Assembly (NCBI GenBank): GCA_964347325.1
Contig: CAYFYA010000010.1
Location: 1,041-65,040 of the forward strand
Direction: 5' to 3'
DNA from: an uncultured Methanomassiliicoccales archaeon
Lineage (GTDB): Archaea > Thermoplasmatota > Thermoplasmata > RBG-16-68-12 > JAJISG01
Length of the DNA: 64,000 nucleotides
Positions within the stretch are counted from its first letter, which is position 1; every line of letters begins with the position of its first letter. Shown piece after piece: positions 37,437 to 47,156 of the stretch. The notes below the pieces were generated by a model, which worked only from the letters and a program-made list of their open reading frames with translations, searched no databases and was not told where the DNA came from. The translations under genes were made by a program, and so were the position numbers.

Positions 37437-38279
37437 ATGACCAGCATCGAGCTCCCGGAAGCTAAGATCCTCGCAGAACAGATGAACGAGGCGCTTCGTG
37501 GCAAGCGTGTCCAGGCGTATCAGCTGGGCGATATCGAGAAGCTCCAGCGTATCGGCATGATGGACAGGGACACGAAGTCCTTCGCCCCGCTTATTGGCTG
37601 CACGATCGAGTCCGTCGTGTCTCGGGGCAACGGAATTCGCGTTCAGCTCAGCAACGGGATGAACCTCATCCTCGCCCCGGAGTATGGCGGCAGAATCCTA
37701 TACCATGATGCCGGGGACACTATTCCGAGAAAGTACCATCTCAACCTAGGCTTCGGTGACGGGTCGGCGTTGACAGTGAGGGTCACAATGGGCCTCATCC
37801 ACGCCCTGAGGGACGAGGACCTGGACCGTTCCTACATCTACAGGCGGGACTTCAATCCGGAAGTGGCGTCCCCCATAGACGAAGAGTTCACCTTCGACCG
37901 CTTCTCACGCCTCATCTGGGACGAGAACAGGATGCTAAAGTCGGTCTTGGTAGGGAAGGACGCAGTCATCGTCGGGGTGAGCAACAGCGCCTTTCAGGAC
38001 ATCCTGTACCGAGCCAAGCTTCACCCGAGACGGAAGGCGGTGGGACTCAGTGAAGCGGAGAGGCGAGCCCTCTACGAGTCCATCGGCATCGTGCTTCGCG
38101 AGCGAGTCAGACTGAAGGGAAAGGAGCAGTTCGTCGACCTGTATGGAAACAAGGGCGGCTACACGCCGGCCATGGGGGCGAACATGAAGGGGCGGCGATG
38201 TCCCGAGTGTGAGACTCCAATAGAGAAGCTCAGCCACGGGGGCGGGTACGTCTTCCTCTGTCCCACCTGTCAGACGTGA
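37437..38279 (+). CDS. Fpg/Nei-family DNA glycosylase-like protein with a non-canonical N-terminus
   Basis: N-terminal ELPEAK (compare PELPEVE), an H2TH region, and a C-terminal zinc finger CPECETPIEKLSHGGGYVFLCPTCQ. The catalytic N-terminal Pro is missing (MTSIELPE). Confidence 0.7.
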   Translation: MTSIELPEAKILAEQMNEALRGKRVQAYQLGDIEKLQRIGMMDRDTKSFAPLIGCTIESVVSRGNGIRVQLSNGMNLILAPEYGGRILYHDAGDTIPRKYHLNLGFGDGSALTVRVTMGLIHALRDEDLDRSYIYRRDFNPEVASPIDEEFTFDRFSRLIWDENRMLKSVLVGKDAVIVGVSNSAFQDILYRAKLHPRRKAVGLSEAERRALYESIGIVLRERVRLKGKEQFVDLYGNKGGYTPAMGANMKGRRCPECETPIEKLSHGGGYVFLCPTCQT

Positions 38280-38406
38280 GGGTCTCCTACGTTACTTGGA
38301 TCTCGTCAAGGTTTGGCGTCGTGGCCCATGTTCGGCATACTCGCCCACCGCGGCTGCTGACCTCAGAGTGGCAGTCCTGTGTCGGACCTCGCGCTCCCAG
38401 CGCCCC

Positions 38407-38604
38407 TTACTTTTGCTCGAGCATCTGCTCCAATGAGGATACCTTGCGCTCCAGCCCCTTCATCCTCTTCTTGAGGCTACCAATGTCCTTCTTCATGGTT
38501 TCCAGATCTTCCTTGACCCAGAACCATAACGGGGAGGGCGTCTCGGGGACATCTGCGGGCTCGGGCAGGGGAGGCTCCCTAGGGATGTCGCCTGGCTTAG
38601 GCAT
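38407..38604 (-). CDS. Small coiled-coil protein (65 aa), hypothetical
   Basis: Pro-rich N-terminus and a heptad-like C-terminus. Weak support. Confidence 0.25.
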   Translation of the reverse strand: MPKPGDIPREPPLPEPADVPETPSPLWFWVKEDLETMKKDIGSLKKRMKGLERKVSSLEQMLEQK

Positions 38605-38684
38605 GCTAGGGATCGTCTAGCTTCACCCGTTCTGGAATCTTGTACAGCCGATATAACCTTAGCGGATTCAGCGGGCACCTCGTC

Positions 38685-41600
38685 TCAGAGCCAGTCCTCT
38701 TCCTCAGGCACTTTCTCAGGCCCCTCGCCCGACGGGCGCCTCGGCCTAACGTACCGGAGGTAGAGATAGGCAGAGAGGCCTGCCAGGGCGGCTACAGCCG
38801 CTATGAGGGCAAGGGTCAGGGGCTGCGTCACCTGGTCCGTGATGGGCAGCGCCTGGGTCTTGACGATCACATCCACGTTGGCGCTCACGCCCCCATATGT
38901 CACGCTGATGGTGCCAGTCCCAGTCTCGCTCCCCGCCGTGAAGGTGGCAGACCAGCCCGCTTCGGTGGCCTCGATGGTTCCGATAGTGGTCGTCCAGTCG
39001 AAGGTGGCATCTGCTATCTGGTTCCCGTGCTGATCCTTCGCCACGGCTATCAGGTCGGCACTTCCGCCGGTCAACACCTCCAGCGTGCTCGGGCTCACCG
39101 TGATCTCGTCCACGGGGCCGGGGACTATCCTGACGACGGCAGTGGCATTCATGTCGTCCAAGGCCACTCTCACCGTCCCGGTCCCGGTGATGGTCGAGGC
39201 TGTGAAGAGGCCCGTGGCGTCGATGGTCCCTATGCCACCGGTCGCAATCCAGTCGAAAGAACCACCGTTGACAGGGTTCCCGAACTGGTCCTGAGTCGTG
39301 GCGGTGAACTGGAGGGTATCGCCAGCCTCAACGTCGACGACTCCGGGGGCAATGGTCACCTGCTCGGGAGGACCCGGCATGACGTTCACCGTCACGTTGT
39401 CCACGAAGGTAGAGAGGCGCACCTCGAGGCTGTCCGTACCGGCCGTGGGACCAGCCAAGTAGATGATCTCGTCCCCGGAGGACGTGAGCGGGATGACGGT
39501 CCCCAGGCCATTCATGGAGGTCCACGTGAAGGTACCTCCGACGGAGTTGTTGTACGCGTCGAAGCCCACGGCGTCGAACTGGGTCGCGCCGCCCACGACG
39601 ACGTCGGCCGAGTCGGGGGACGTATCCACCCTGTCGGGGACGCCGGCTCCGACGAAGCTGAAGCCGGTAACCTTCCCGGCCTCGTCACCGACCACCAGGT
39701 ATCCGTCTCCCAGGGCGACGGAGGATGTGCTACCGGCGCTAGACAGCAGGATTGTCTGGAGGGTGGCCCCGGTAAGGGCATCCCAGACCCGCAGATTACC
39801 GTCCCAGGCTGTAAGGAACACGGATCCGTTGTTGTAGCCCACCGAGCTACCCACGGCCGCTCCGCTCAGGAAGTTGGACCAGGCCGGCGTGCCGTTGGTG
39901 GCGTGGAGGGCGTGAATCCAGCCGTTGGCTACGGCGAAGTCGAAGGTCCCGACGAAGACCATCCCGTCGGCCACCGCGGGGGAGGAGACGTCAATCAAGG
40001 CGCCCAGTCCGCTGGAGGTCCAGATGGGCGCTCCCGTGAGGGCCTCGAAGGCGTAGAGGGAACCGCCGTAATCACCGACGTAGAGGACCCCATCGACCAC
40101 CGTGGGTGCTGAGGTGACGATGGCCGCTACGGTCGTCGTCCAGATGGGCGTCCCATCGAAGGCGTCCAGGGCCACGATTCGGCCGGAGGTGTCCGCGGCG
40201 AAAACCATGCCCGCGGCGTAGGTTGGTCCCTGAAGGGTGCTCGACCCCATGGAGTAGGACCACTGGACCACGCCAGTGGTGACGTCGCTGGCTAAGATCG
40301 TCCCGACGTAGTCGGACCAGTAGACGTGCCCCACCGCCACTGCGGGGGTCGAGAAGGTCGCCGGGGCGAAGCCTGTGAAGGAGTCGGTTTGCCAGTTGGT
40401 GGTGCCTGTTGCCGCGTCGAGGGAGAACAACGAGATCCTGGTGTTCCCGCTGGTCACGAAGGTGACGTAAACACTACCGTCGGCAGCAGCGGGTGTTCCA
40501 GCGATGTTTCCGATGTCGCCCAACGTGCGCTGCCACTTCACCTCGCCGGTGCCGACATCGACGGCGTTGAGGACTCCCTCCTGCTCCGCGAAGTAGACCA
40601 TATGATCATAGATGATGGGTCCACTCCAGCGGATCGGTAGGCCTCCGACGCCCGCGACCCAACGCTGAGTCAGCGGCATCTCGAAGGGCACGGGAGCCAC
40701 GCCGCTCCTCTCCCGGTCGTGGTGGAACTGCGGCCACTCTGGTGAGGGTAGCGGCAACACCTCCAGTCTCAGCAAGGCCGTATCATCCTCCCCCGGGTCG
40801 GCCGCGGAAACGGCCCTCACGATCAGTGTATCCAAAGTGTCTAGGGGGGCGTCCGATGGCACTTCCACCCTCACTACGATGGGGCTATCCTGCAGTCCTG
40901 GCACCAATCCAGTGTCGGGAGTGCCGTCGCTATCGGTATCTGTCAACGGCGTGACCCCGTCGGAGTCCAGCAGGGTGACTGTCCAGCCCATTGTTGAGGT
41001 GCCGGTGACCTGGAACAAGTCCTCCAGTCCCCCCGTGTTGGTTATGTTGACGTTGAAGCTCACGGAGGCTCCCGGTTCGCTGCTGCTGTAGACGTCTGGA
41101 CCCGCGGCGACACCTGGCAAGGGGACCAGGGTCGTTATTGAAGCCTGGGCAACGGCGCTCGGGTCCCCCACGGACGTGATGTTCAAGGTGAGGAGGTCGG
41201 CCTGACCGGCAGTCGCTCCCGCATCTACGTCGACGCGGACGATGATGTCTAGAGACGCCCCCGACGGGATGGGTCCCGTGTCCACGAAGGTGTCGTTGTT
41301 TGTGTCATTCAGGGGGGTCACGCCGTCCGCGTGGTAGAAGGTCCTCGTCCACCCATAGGGGACGCCGACTCCCGCAACGTTGAAGGTGTCTTCTGCCAGG
41401 AAGGCGCCACGGTTCCTGACCTCCAGGCTATACTCCGCCGTCCCACCGGGAACGGCGACCCCAGTCACGCTCGATGGTGTGATGCTCGCGCCGAACTCGG
41501 GAGGCATGATCCATTCCAGAAGCCTATCCATCAGCAGCTCCCGGTCGGCAGCGGTGCTGACGCCCTCGTAGTTGAAGGCCAGGTAGGCGATTGCGTAGGC

Positions 41601-44600
41601 GCCGTCCTCCACCCGCAGTATGGCCGACTGGGAAGATGGGCCCGATGCGTACTGGGCGCTGGTAACGGCGGGTGAGATGGGGTCCACTACGCTGGGCCAT
41701 ATGTTGTTGTTGGCCCCGTCACCTCCGTTGATGAGGATGTTTAGGCCATCGCCGATGGGATCGCTCGACACACCGATCACGTTGTCGGTGGGAGCATTGT
41801 CGCTAACGTAGATCGCGTGGAGGTAGTCGGAGTAGAAGCTGCTTCCGGACCAGTAGAAGCCGATGTCCTGGCCCGAGAGGATGAGGCGTCCTCCCGCATC
41901 AAGGAACTGGGCGACCTCGGCCTGAGCCGACGGGTTAAACCCGTTTGAGGGCGTGTGCCAGATGAGTAGGTCGAAGCCTTGAAGGTCTGCCAGGACGGGG
42001 TTCCCCTGGGCAGCCACCTCCCAGTAATCGAAGGGTTGGGCAAGGGCGCTCAGGGCACTCACGTAGTAGCTTTCGTAGGAGTTCCCGAAGTCGTCATCCA
42101 CCAAGAGTATCGGTGGTACGTCCAGCGTCGTGAAGCTGTAGTACGAAGAGGCGTTGTCGTCCACCGCCGTGTTGCCGGCTGTGTCCGTGGACTCGACCTC
42201 GAAGAAGTAGGTCGTGTTGGGCTGCAGCATCGTAAGGTTCACGCTATGGGACGACGTGAACCCATCAATGGTCACGAGATCGGGCGGCGTCGTGGTGTTG
42301 TAGCGGACGACGCTCGTGGCACTCTCATCTGTGAGCCAGGTGATGCGGGCGGAGTTGTGGGTTATGTCCGTCGCCTGCACATTTGACACTAATGGGGGAT
42401 CGTCGTCGATGGTTGCGGTGTCGTTCACCGTGGCTGGCGGGCTGGCGTCGACGTAGGTGACGTTTATGGTCCCGCCGTTCACCACGGTGAGGTTACCGTC
42501 GTCCGGTGCGGATGGGGTCAGGGTTAGCTGGATGGTACCGCTGAAGACGCCGGAGTCGGTACCGACCTCTAGGAGGGTCACGCTCTCACTGTCTGTCAGA
42601 CTGCTGACCGCGGTTACCAGGGCGCTGTCTTGGGTGAGGTTGTCCAGGTCGAGGTCGATGTCTGCCAGGAAGATGTCCGCTGAGGCGCTGGACCTGTAGA
42701 GCGGCTTGCTCCACGACACGTCCCCGTCCGAGGTTGGACTGCCCCCATGGGAAATCACAATGGCGTAGTCCTGGGTGGGACTACCGGGAACATTAACGGC
42801 GGTGACATTGACTGTGTAGACCCCAAGCCGTAGCTCGGAGGTTGGGATGTAGACGTTCTCCAGGTTGTTCAGCGGGTCTCCCGAGCCACCAGGCACGCTC
42901 CACCCGTTGCTGAAGTGGTTGCCGTAGTAGGTGGTCCCGTCTGGCGCCGTCACCACAAGGTCCAGGTCATTCACAAGCACGGGCGAGCTGCCCGGCATCC
43001 CAGGTACATCGGTCCACGCCAGGGAGACCTTGAAGGGCTTGTCCATCCTGGCGACAGGAATGGAGTAGGTGAAGGTGGTGCCCGTGTCTAGGGCCTGCTG
43101 CTGGTCCTCGTAGAAGACAGCACCGGTGAAGTTCAGGAGGTTCTCCAGGTTCACGCGCCCCCAGCCTTCGTCGAAGTTGGGGATAGGACCTGTGGAATCG
43201 GATCCAAGACTTGGACTAGCCACCGGCGGCATGTCCACGGCACCGTTTACTAGGGCCGCTTTAGTCAGGGCCGGACTCGGGTCGACGGCGAAGACGTTCC
43301 TGTAGTACTCCACGAAGAGGGCCGCACTCCCGGAGACGATTGGACCCGACATGCTTGTCCCGCCGCAGTACTCGTGGTACGAGTCGATGTTCTGCCAGCA
43401 CCAGCCGGGTGAGGATTGGCTGGAGAGCAGTGAGGCGATCCACGTTCCCGGGGCAACGATCTCGGGCTTGATTCGCCCGTCGGTAGTCGGACCTCGGCTG
43501 CTGAACCCAACCATGGCGTCGATGTTGTCAGCGGGCCACTGCCCCATTATTGGAACCGTTGGCCTGTAGTTCAGGGATGCGCCCGTAGCGATGACGTTCT
43601 TCGCGTTGGCAGGGCTTCCCGTGGTCGAAGGGCCAGGACCATCGTTGGCGGCAGAGAACTCGAAGATGATGGGTTGATCTCCACCCGCGACGTTGTCGGC
43701 GTCCCTAACCAGCTCGTCGAAGATCGCGTCGTCAGCGATATAATCGCCCAGGGTGAAGATCCGCCAGCTGTTGCTGTGGATTATGGTACCATTGCCAACG
43801 GCATCACGGCCCATCTGGTAATAGTCTGGGAAGACCCAGAAGCCGGAGTCATCGAAGATCCGCTGGTTCACTATGAGGGCCTCGGGGGCCATGCCGAGGC
43901 CGTAGGAGAAGCCGTCACCGTCCGTCAGGCCCGTAGCGTTGTCGCCCGCGATTATGCCTGCAACGTGTGTGCCGTGGCCCACCCTGTCCTCGGCCGAGAT
44001 GAGGCTGCCGTAAGGGATGTGTGCCACGGTCCTGTTGTCGAGCTCTGGGTGCATGTCTCCACCCACTCCGGGGTCGTCCGCGCCGGTGTCCACTCCGGTG
44101 TCCGCCACCGCCACGGTGACGTTCTGGCCAGACAGTCCTAAGGAGGCGAGCCAGTCAATGTAACCAGGGGTGATGGGGGAGTAGTGGCCCGCCGCGATCT
44201 GTCCCGCCACCTCGTCCACCAGCTCAGGTCGCAGGAAGGGCTCGATCCAGTACACCCCAGGCAGGTTGGCCAGCTCGGGGAGGTTGGCCGCATCTGTGGA
44301 GAACCGAACCAGCTTGAGGCCGCCGACAGTCATGGTCTGGTAGTGGAGGATGACCATTCCCTCGAGGGCCTCCCAGGTCCGCGGGGGTGCCGACGCCTGG
44401 ACCAGTACGGTGAAGTCCCTAGATCCTGCAGAGGAGATCGACGGGAACCCGCCGGAGAGGGGCTGCCCCGAGTCAGGCAGGGCTGTGAAGCCGGGGAAGC
44501 TCAAACGGGACGGCCCTAGGGCCACGTCTCGGTGCTTGGGCACCTGCACATCAAGAGATGCTACGCTGCCGAATTCCTGGTACACCAGCCGGCTTATTCG

Positions 44601-45197
44601 ATAGGCGGGATGGTAGATCCCAACCCACTGGATGAAGGGAGCCATGCCAGTCGCTCGAACGGTGGAGGGATCCATCTCCACGATGAAAGCAAAGTTGGGG
44701 ATGTAGTTGTAGAAACGGACACCCTGGGCTTCGAGGGCTTCGACCCACTCGGCCTTGACGGGCCCTACGAACTGTACGATGTGAAGCCCCGGCTCACCCA
44801 CTTCATAGGAGTCGATGTGCAGGTTCGGAGCGATCTCTGGTTCGCCCGCCGCAGTATCGAAGGTAACTCCGCCCAAGGAGATGGTCGTCCTGTCGACAAG
44901 CAGGCGAACGACCAGATTCCTGGCCTGAAGAGTCAGCGCGGTGGAGGGAGGCACGGAAGCCAAAACGAAACCGCCATAGTCCACAACTGGCTCCACGCCC
45001 GCCCGGCTAAGAGCGGCACGCTCCTCCGGTGAGGAACTGCGGAGCAGGACATCGAAGCCCGTGCCGAGCTCGCCACGCTTCAGAGCTGGCTGTGGTTCCG
45101 CCGCCACGGGGGACAGAACGCCAAGGAAGGTCGTCACCACCATCAATGTGGCTAAAATCAGAGACACGATACGGAGAGAACCGCATTCTGAGGACAT
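38685..45197 (-). CDS. Giant (2170 aa) cell-surface subtilisin (S8) with Ig/FN3-like domains, a PQQ-repeat beta-propeller and a C-terminal TM anchor
   Basis: Signal peptide. S8 triad VAVADTGVD / GHGTHVAGIIAG / GGTSMSGP (roughly nt 43250-44230). PQQ-like repeats (VYFAEQEGVLNAVDVGTGEVKWQ, LYVGDYGGSLYAFEALTGAPIWT; roughly nt 39650-40730). C-terminal TM plus an RYVRPRR tail. Many sequons. Confidence 0.85.
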   Translation of the reverse strand: MSSECGSLRIVSLILATLMVVTTFLGVLSPVAAEPQPALKRGELGTGFDVLLRSSSPEERAALSRAGVEPVVDYGGFVLASVPPSTALTLQARNLVVRLLVDRTTISLGGVTFDTAAGEPEIAPNLHIDSYEVGEPGLHIVQFVGPVKAEWVEALEAQGVRFYNYIPNFAFIVEMDPSTVRATGMAPFIQWVGIYHPAYRISRLVYQEFGSVASLDVQVPKHRDVALGPSRLSFPGFTALPDSGQPLSGGFPSISSAGSRDFTVLVQASAPPRTWEALEGMVILHYQTMTVGGLKLVRFSTDAANLPELANLPGVYWIEPFLRPELVDEVAGQIAAGHYSPITPGYIDWLASLGLSGQNVTVAVADTGVDTGADDPGVGGDMHPELDNRTVAHIPYGSLISAEDRVGHGTHVAGIIAGDNATGLTDGDGFSYGLGMAPEALIVNQRIFDDSGFWVFPDYYQMGRDAVGNGTIIHSNSWRIFTLGDYIADDAIFDELVRDADNVAGGDQPIIFEFSAANDGPGPSTTGSPANAKNVIATGASLNYRPTVPIMGQWPADNIDAMVGFSSRGPTTDGRIKPEIVAPGTWIASLLSSQSSPGWCWQNIDSYHEYCGGTSMSGPIVSGSAALFVEYYRNVFAVDPSPALTKAALVNGAVDMPPVASPSLGSDSTGPIPNFDEGWGRVNLENLLNFTGAVFYEDQQQALDTGTTFTYSIPVARMDKPFKVSLAWTDVPGMPGSSPVLVNDLDLVVTAPDGTTYYGNHFSNGWSVPGGSGDPLNNLENVYIPTSELRLGVYTVNVTAVNVPGSPTQDYAIVISHGGSPTSDGDVSWSKPLYRSSASADIFLADIDLDLDNLTQDSALVTAVSSLTDSESVTLLEVGTDSGVFSGTIQLTLTPSAPDDGNLTVVNGGTINVTYVDASPPATVNDTATIDDDPPLVSNVQATDITHNSARITWLTDESATSVVRYNTTTPPDLVTIDGFTSSHSVNLTMLQPNTTYFFEVESTDTAGNTAVDDNASSYYSFTTLDVPPILLVDDDFGNSYESYYVSALSALAQPFDYWEVAAQGNPVLADLQGFDLLIWHTPSNGFNPSAQAEVAQFLDAGGRLILSGQDIGFYWSGSSFYSDYLHAIYVSDNAPTDNVIGVSSDPIGDGLNILINGGDGANNNIWPSVVDPISPAVTSAQYASGPSSQSAILRVEDGAYAIAYLAFNYEGVSTAADRELLMDRLLEWIMPPEFGASITPSSVTGVAVPGGTAEYSLEVRNRGAFLAEDTFNVAGVGVPYGWTRTFYHADGVTPLNDTNNDTFVDTGPIPSGASLDIIVRVDVDAGATAGQADLLTLNITSVGDPSAVAQASITTLVPLPGVAAGPDVYSSSEPGASVSFNVNITNTGGLEDLFQVTGTSTMGWTVTLLDSDGVTPLTDTDSDGTPDTGLVPGLQDSPIVVRVEVPSDAPLDTLDTLIVRAVSAADPGEDDTALLRLEVLPLPSPEWPQFHHDRERSGVAPVPFEMPLTQRWVAGVGGLPIRWSGPIIYDHMVYFAEQEGVLNAVDVGTGEVKWQRTLGDIGNIAGTPAAADGSVYVTFVTSGNTRISLFSLDAATGTTNWQTDSFTGFAPATFSTPAVAVGHVYWSDYVGTILASDVTTGVVQWSYSMGSSTLQGPTYAAGMVFAADTSGRIVALDAFDGTPIWTTTVAAIVTSAPTVVDGVLYVGDYGGSLYAFEALTGAPIWTSSGLGALIDVSSPAVADGMVFVGTFDFAVANGWIHALHATNGTPAWSNFLSGAAVGSSVGYNNGSVFLTAWDGNLRVWDALTGATLQTILLSSAGSTSSVALGDGYLVVGDEAGKVTGFSFVGAGVPDRVDTSPDSADVVVGGATQFDAVGFDAYNNSVGGTFTWTSMNGLGTVIPLTSSGDEIIYLAGPTAGTDSLEVRLSTFVDNVTVNVMPGPPEQVTIAPGVVDVEAGDTLQFTATTQDQFGNPVNGGSFDWIATGGIGTIDATGLFTASTITGTGTVRVALDDMNATAVVRIVPGPVDEITVSPSTLEVLTGGSADLIAVAKDQHGNQIADATFDWTTTIGTIEATEAGWSATFTAGSETGTGTISVTYGGVSANVDVIVKTQALPITDQVTQPLTLALIAAVAALAGLSAYLYLRYVRPRRPSGEGPEKVPEEEDWL

Positions 45198-45325
45198 GAT
45201 ACTCCCCAGCTTCCTCTCGTCATCGATCGTGAGGTCTTAGTCTTTTTTCCGTGAGTATCAGCCCTTAGAGACTTCCTCGGCGCACGATTAAGTATCGGGG
45301 AAATGCTGTAGACGCCGGTGCCAAG

Positions 45326-46354
45326 GTGAGCTTCATCGACCTCAGGAGCGACACAGTGACCTTGCCGACGGACGAGATGCGGGAGGCAATGGCCAAGGCG
45401 GAGCTGGGCGACGATGTCTTCCGAGAGGATCCGACGGTGAATCGCCTGCAGGAGAAGGCCGCGGAACTGCTGGGAAAGGAGGACGGCCTCCTGGTGACCA
45501 GCGGGACCCAGGGCAACCTCGTGTGCTTGATGGCGCAGACAAGGGCAGGCGAGGAGGTCATCGTCGAGGAGGCCTCTCACATTCTGAACAACGAGAGTGC
45601 AGGAATCTCGCGGATAGCGGGGCTAATCCCAAGACCGATTCCTGGTCAACACGGGGTGCTGACGAGCAAACAGGTAGAGGAGGCCCTCCGGCCCCCAGAC
45701 GTTCACTTCCCGCGGACGAGCATCGTCTGTCTGGAGAACACTCACAACGCCGCGGGCGGCACCATCGTCGACGCCACTCAGATGAGGGACGTGGCCCAGG
45801 TCGCGCGGGAGAGAGGACTTAAGCTCCACGTCGACGGCGCCCGCATCTTCAACGCCGCCGTCGGCCTGGGAGTCCCTGCTTCGACCTTGGTGGAGGAGGC
45901 GGACTCCGTCACCTTCTGCCTCTCGAAGGGTCTCAGCTGTCCAGCAGGATCCGTCGTGGTCGGGTCCACCGACTTCATCGGGGAGGCCCGGCGCGCCCGG
46001 AAGGTCTTGGGAGGCGGCATGAGGCAGGCAGGCGTCCTCGCCGCAGCCGGTCTGGTGGCCCTGGAGACGATGATTCCCCGGCTGGCGGAGGACCACGAAA
46101 ACGCCCGACTCCTTGCCGAAGGTATTGACCGCATTGGAGCCGTGGACATAGACCTCAAGAGCGTTCAGACCAACATAGTCATCTTTGACGTGGCGCCGCT
46201 CGGCGTGTCTTCCTCCGAATTCGCCTCCACTCTGGAGAAGAAGGGCCTCAAGGTCACGACCAAGGGGAGAACCAGAGTCAGGTGTGTCACCCATCGTGGC
46301 ATTGGCAGCGGAGATGTCCACTCCGCGCTGCAAATCCTCGAGGATGCTTTCTGA
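45326..46354 (+). CDS. ltaE: Low-specificity L-threonine aldolase (PLP-dependent)
   Basis: N-terminal IDLRSDTVT, SGTQGN, the PLP lysine region FCLSKGL, 342 aa. Confidence 0.85.
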   Translation: MSFIDLRSDTVTLPTDEMREAMAKAELGDDVFREDPTVNRLQEKAAELLGKEDGLLVTSGTQGNLVCLMAQTRAGEEVIVEEASHILNNESAGISRIAGLIPRPIPGQHGVLTSKQVEEALRPPDVHFPRTSIVCLENTHNAAGGTIVDATQMRDVAQVARERGLKLHVDGARIFNAAVGLGVPASTLVEEADSVTFCLSKGLSCPAGSVVVGSTDFIGEARRARKVLGGGMRQAGVLAAAGLVALETMIPRLAEDHENARLLAEGIDRIGAVDIDLKSVQTNIVIFDVAPLGVSSSEFASTLEKKGLKVTTKGRTRVRCVTHRGIGSGDVHSALQILEDAF

Positions 46355-46544
46355 AGCTTGACAGGAATGGAGTCGTCAGTCAGCCACTGGACCACAGCGG
46401 CAGGCTTTGCTCGCCACCCCCTGCGCTTCCATCCGTGCGGTGCCATCAGTAGCTGTCATTTCGCCGGGTGGTCGTGGTGGGGATGGTGACAGTCAGGGCC
46501 TCCGTGGACTTGGAGAATCGACAACAACCCAGCAGTCCCGAGAA

Positions 46545-47156
46545 TCACGGAAGGGATGACTTCCTCCGCAGCAAGTAGACACATACGAACAGGCCTCCCA
46601 CGAACACCGGGAGAGCCAGGAAGGGGATGTTAGGGATGGCCTTCTTGTGGATTCTGTAATCCTTCTTGTCTGGAGCCCTATCCTGCCTGGGCTGGAAAGA
46701 GTCAGTACCCTGGTAGTTCTCAAACCGCACTGTCACATGGGAATCGCCAAGCCCACCTATGATGTCCACCGGAGCCTGGAAGATCAGACTGTGATTGAAA
46801 TCGTCTTCTGTGACCGTGATGTCTTCGACGAATATCCAGTCGGTCCCATCCCAAAGCTCAAGATAGCTACCGGACAGGGCATGTACGAACCGGTAGTCTT
46901 GTTCTGCAGAACCGACGCCCATGGTGATGTAGACTACGTAGGTATATGAGTCGATCTCAGGGGAAGACACCAGGTCCTCCCTGAGGAAGAGGTGGGTCGT
47001 GTTGGTGGCGTAGAACAGGTCCACCATATCCACAGGGTCTGGGGCGTCGCCAGCATTCTCATCGGGTGGATCGTCCAACTGAAGCCATTCGGGTTCTGCG
47101 AGGGCTCCAGGGATAAGGAGGACCGAGACCAATAGATACACTGGCCAAATCCTCAC
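46545..47156 (-). CDS. Secreted protein with a tripartite C-terminal signal (PNIPF motif + TM + RRK), hypothetical
   Basis: Signal peptide MRIWPVYLLVSVLLIPGALA. C-terminus IPNIPFLALPVFVGGLFVCVYLLRRKSSLP. Confidence 0.45.
   Translation of the reverse strand: MRIWPVYLLVSVLLIPGALAEPEWLQLDDPPDENAGDAPDPVDMVDLFYATNTTHLFLREDLVSSPEIDSYTYVVYITMGVGSAEQDYRFVHALSGSYLELWDGTDWIFVEDITVTEDDFNHSLIFQAPVDIIGGLGDSHVTVRFENYQGTDSFQPRQDRAPDKKDYRIHKKAIPNIPFLALPVFVGGLFVCVYLLRRKSSLP

Noticed and set aside
38280-38690. Region between fpg-like and the giant protease gene, inspected for a small RNA or additional gene
   Set aside because: It contains only a weak 65-aa coiled-coil ORF (listed at low confidence) and shadow ORFs. 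It has no conserved-looking structure or promoter-like AT block.
38640-40112. 490-aa plus-strand ORF
   Set aside because: It is entirely antisense to the 2170-aa subtilisin gene. Its low-complexity G/R/D/H-rich translation indicates a GC-rich shadow ORF.
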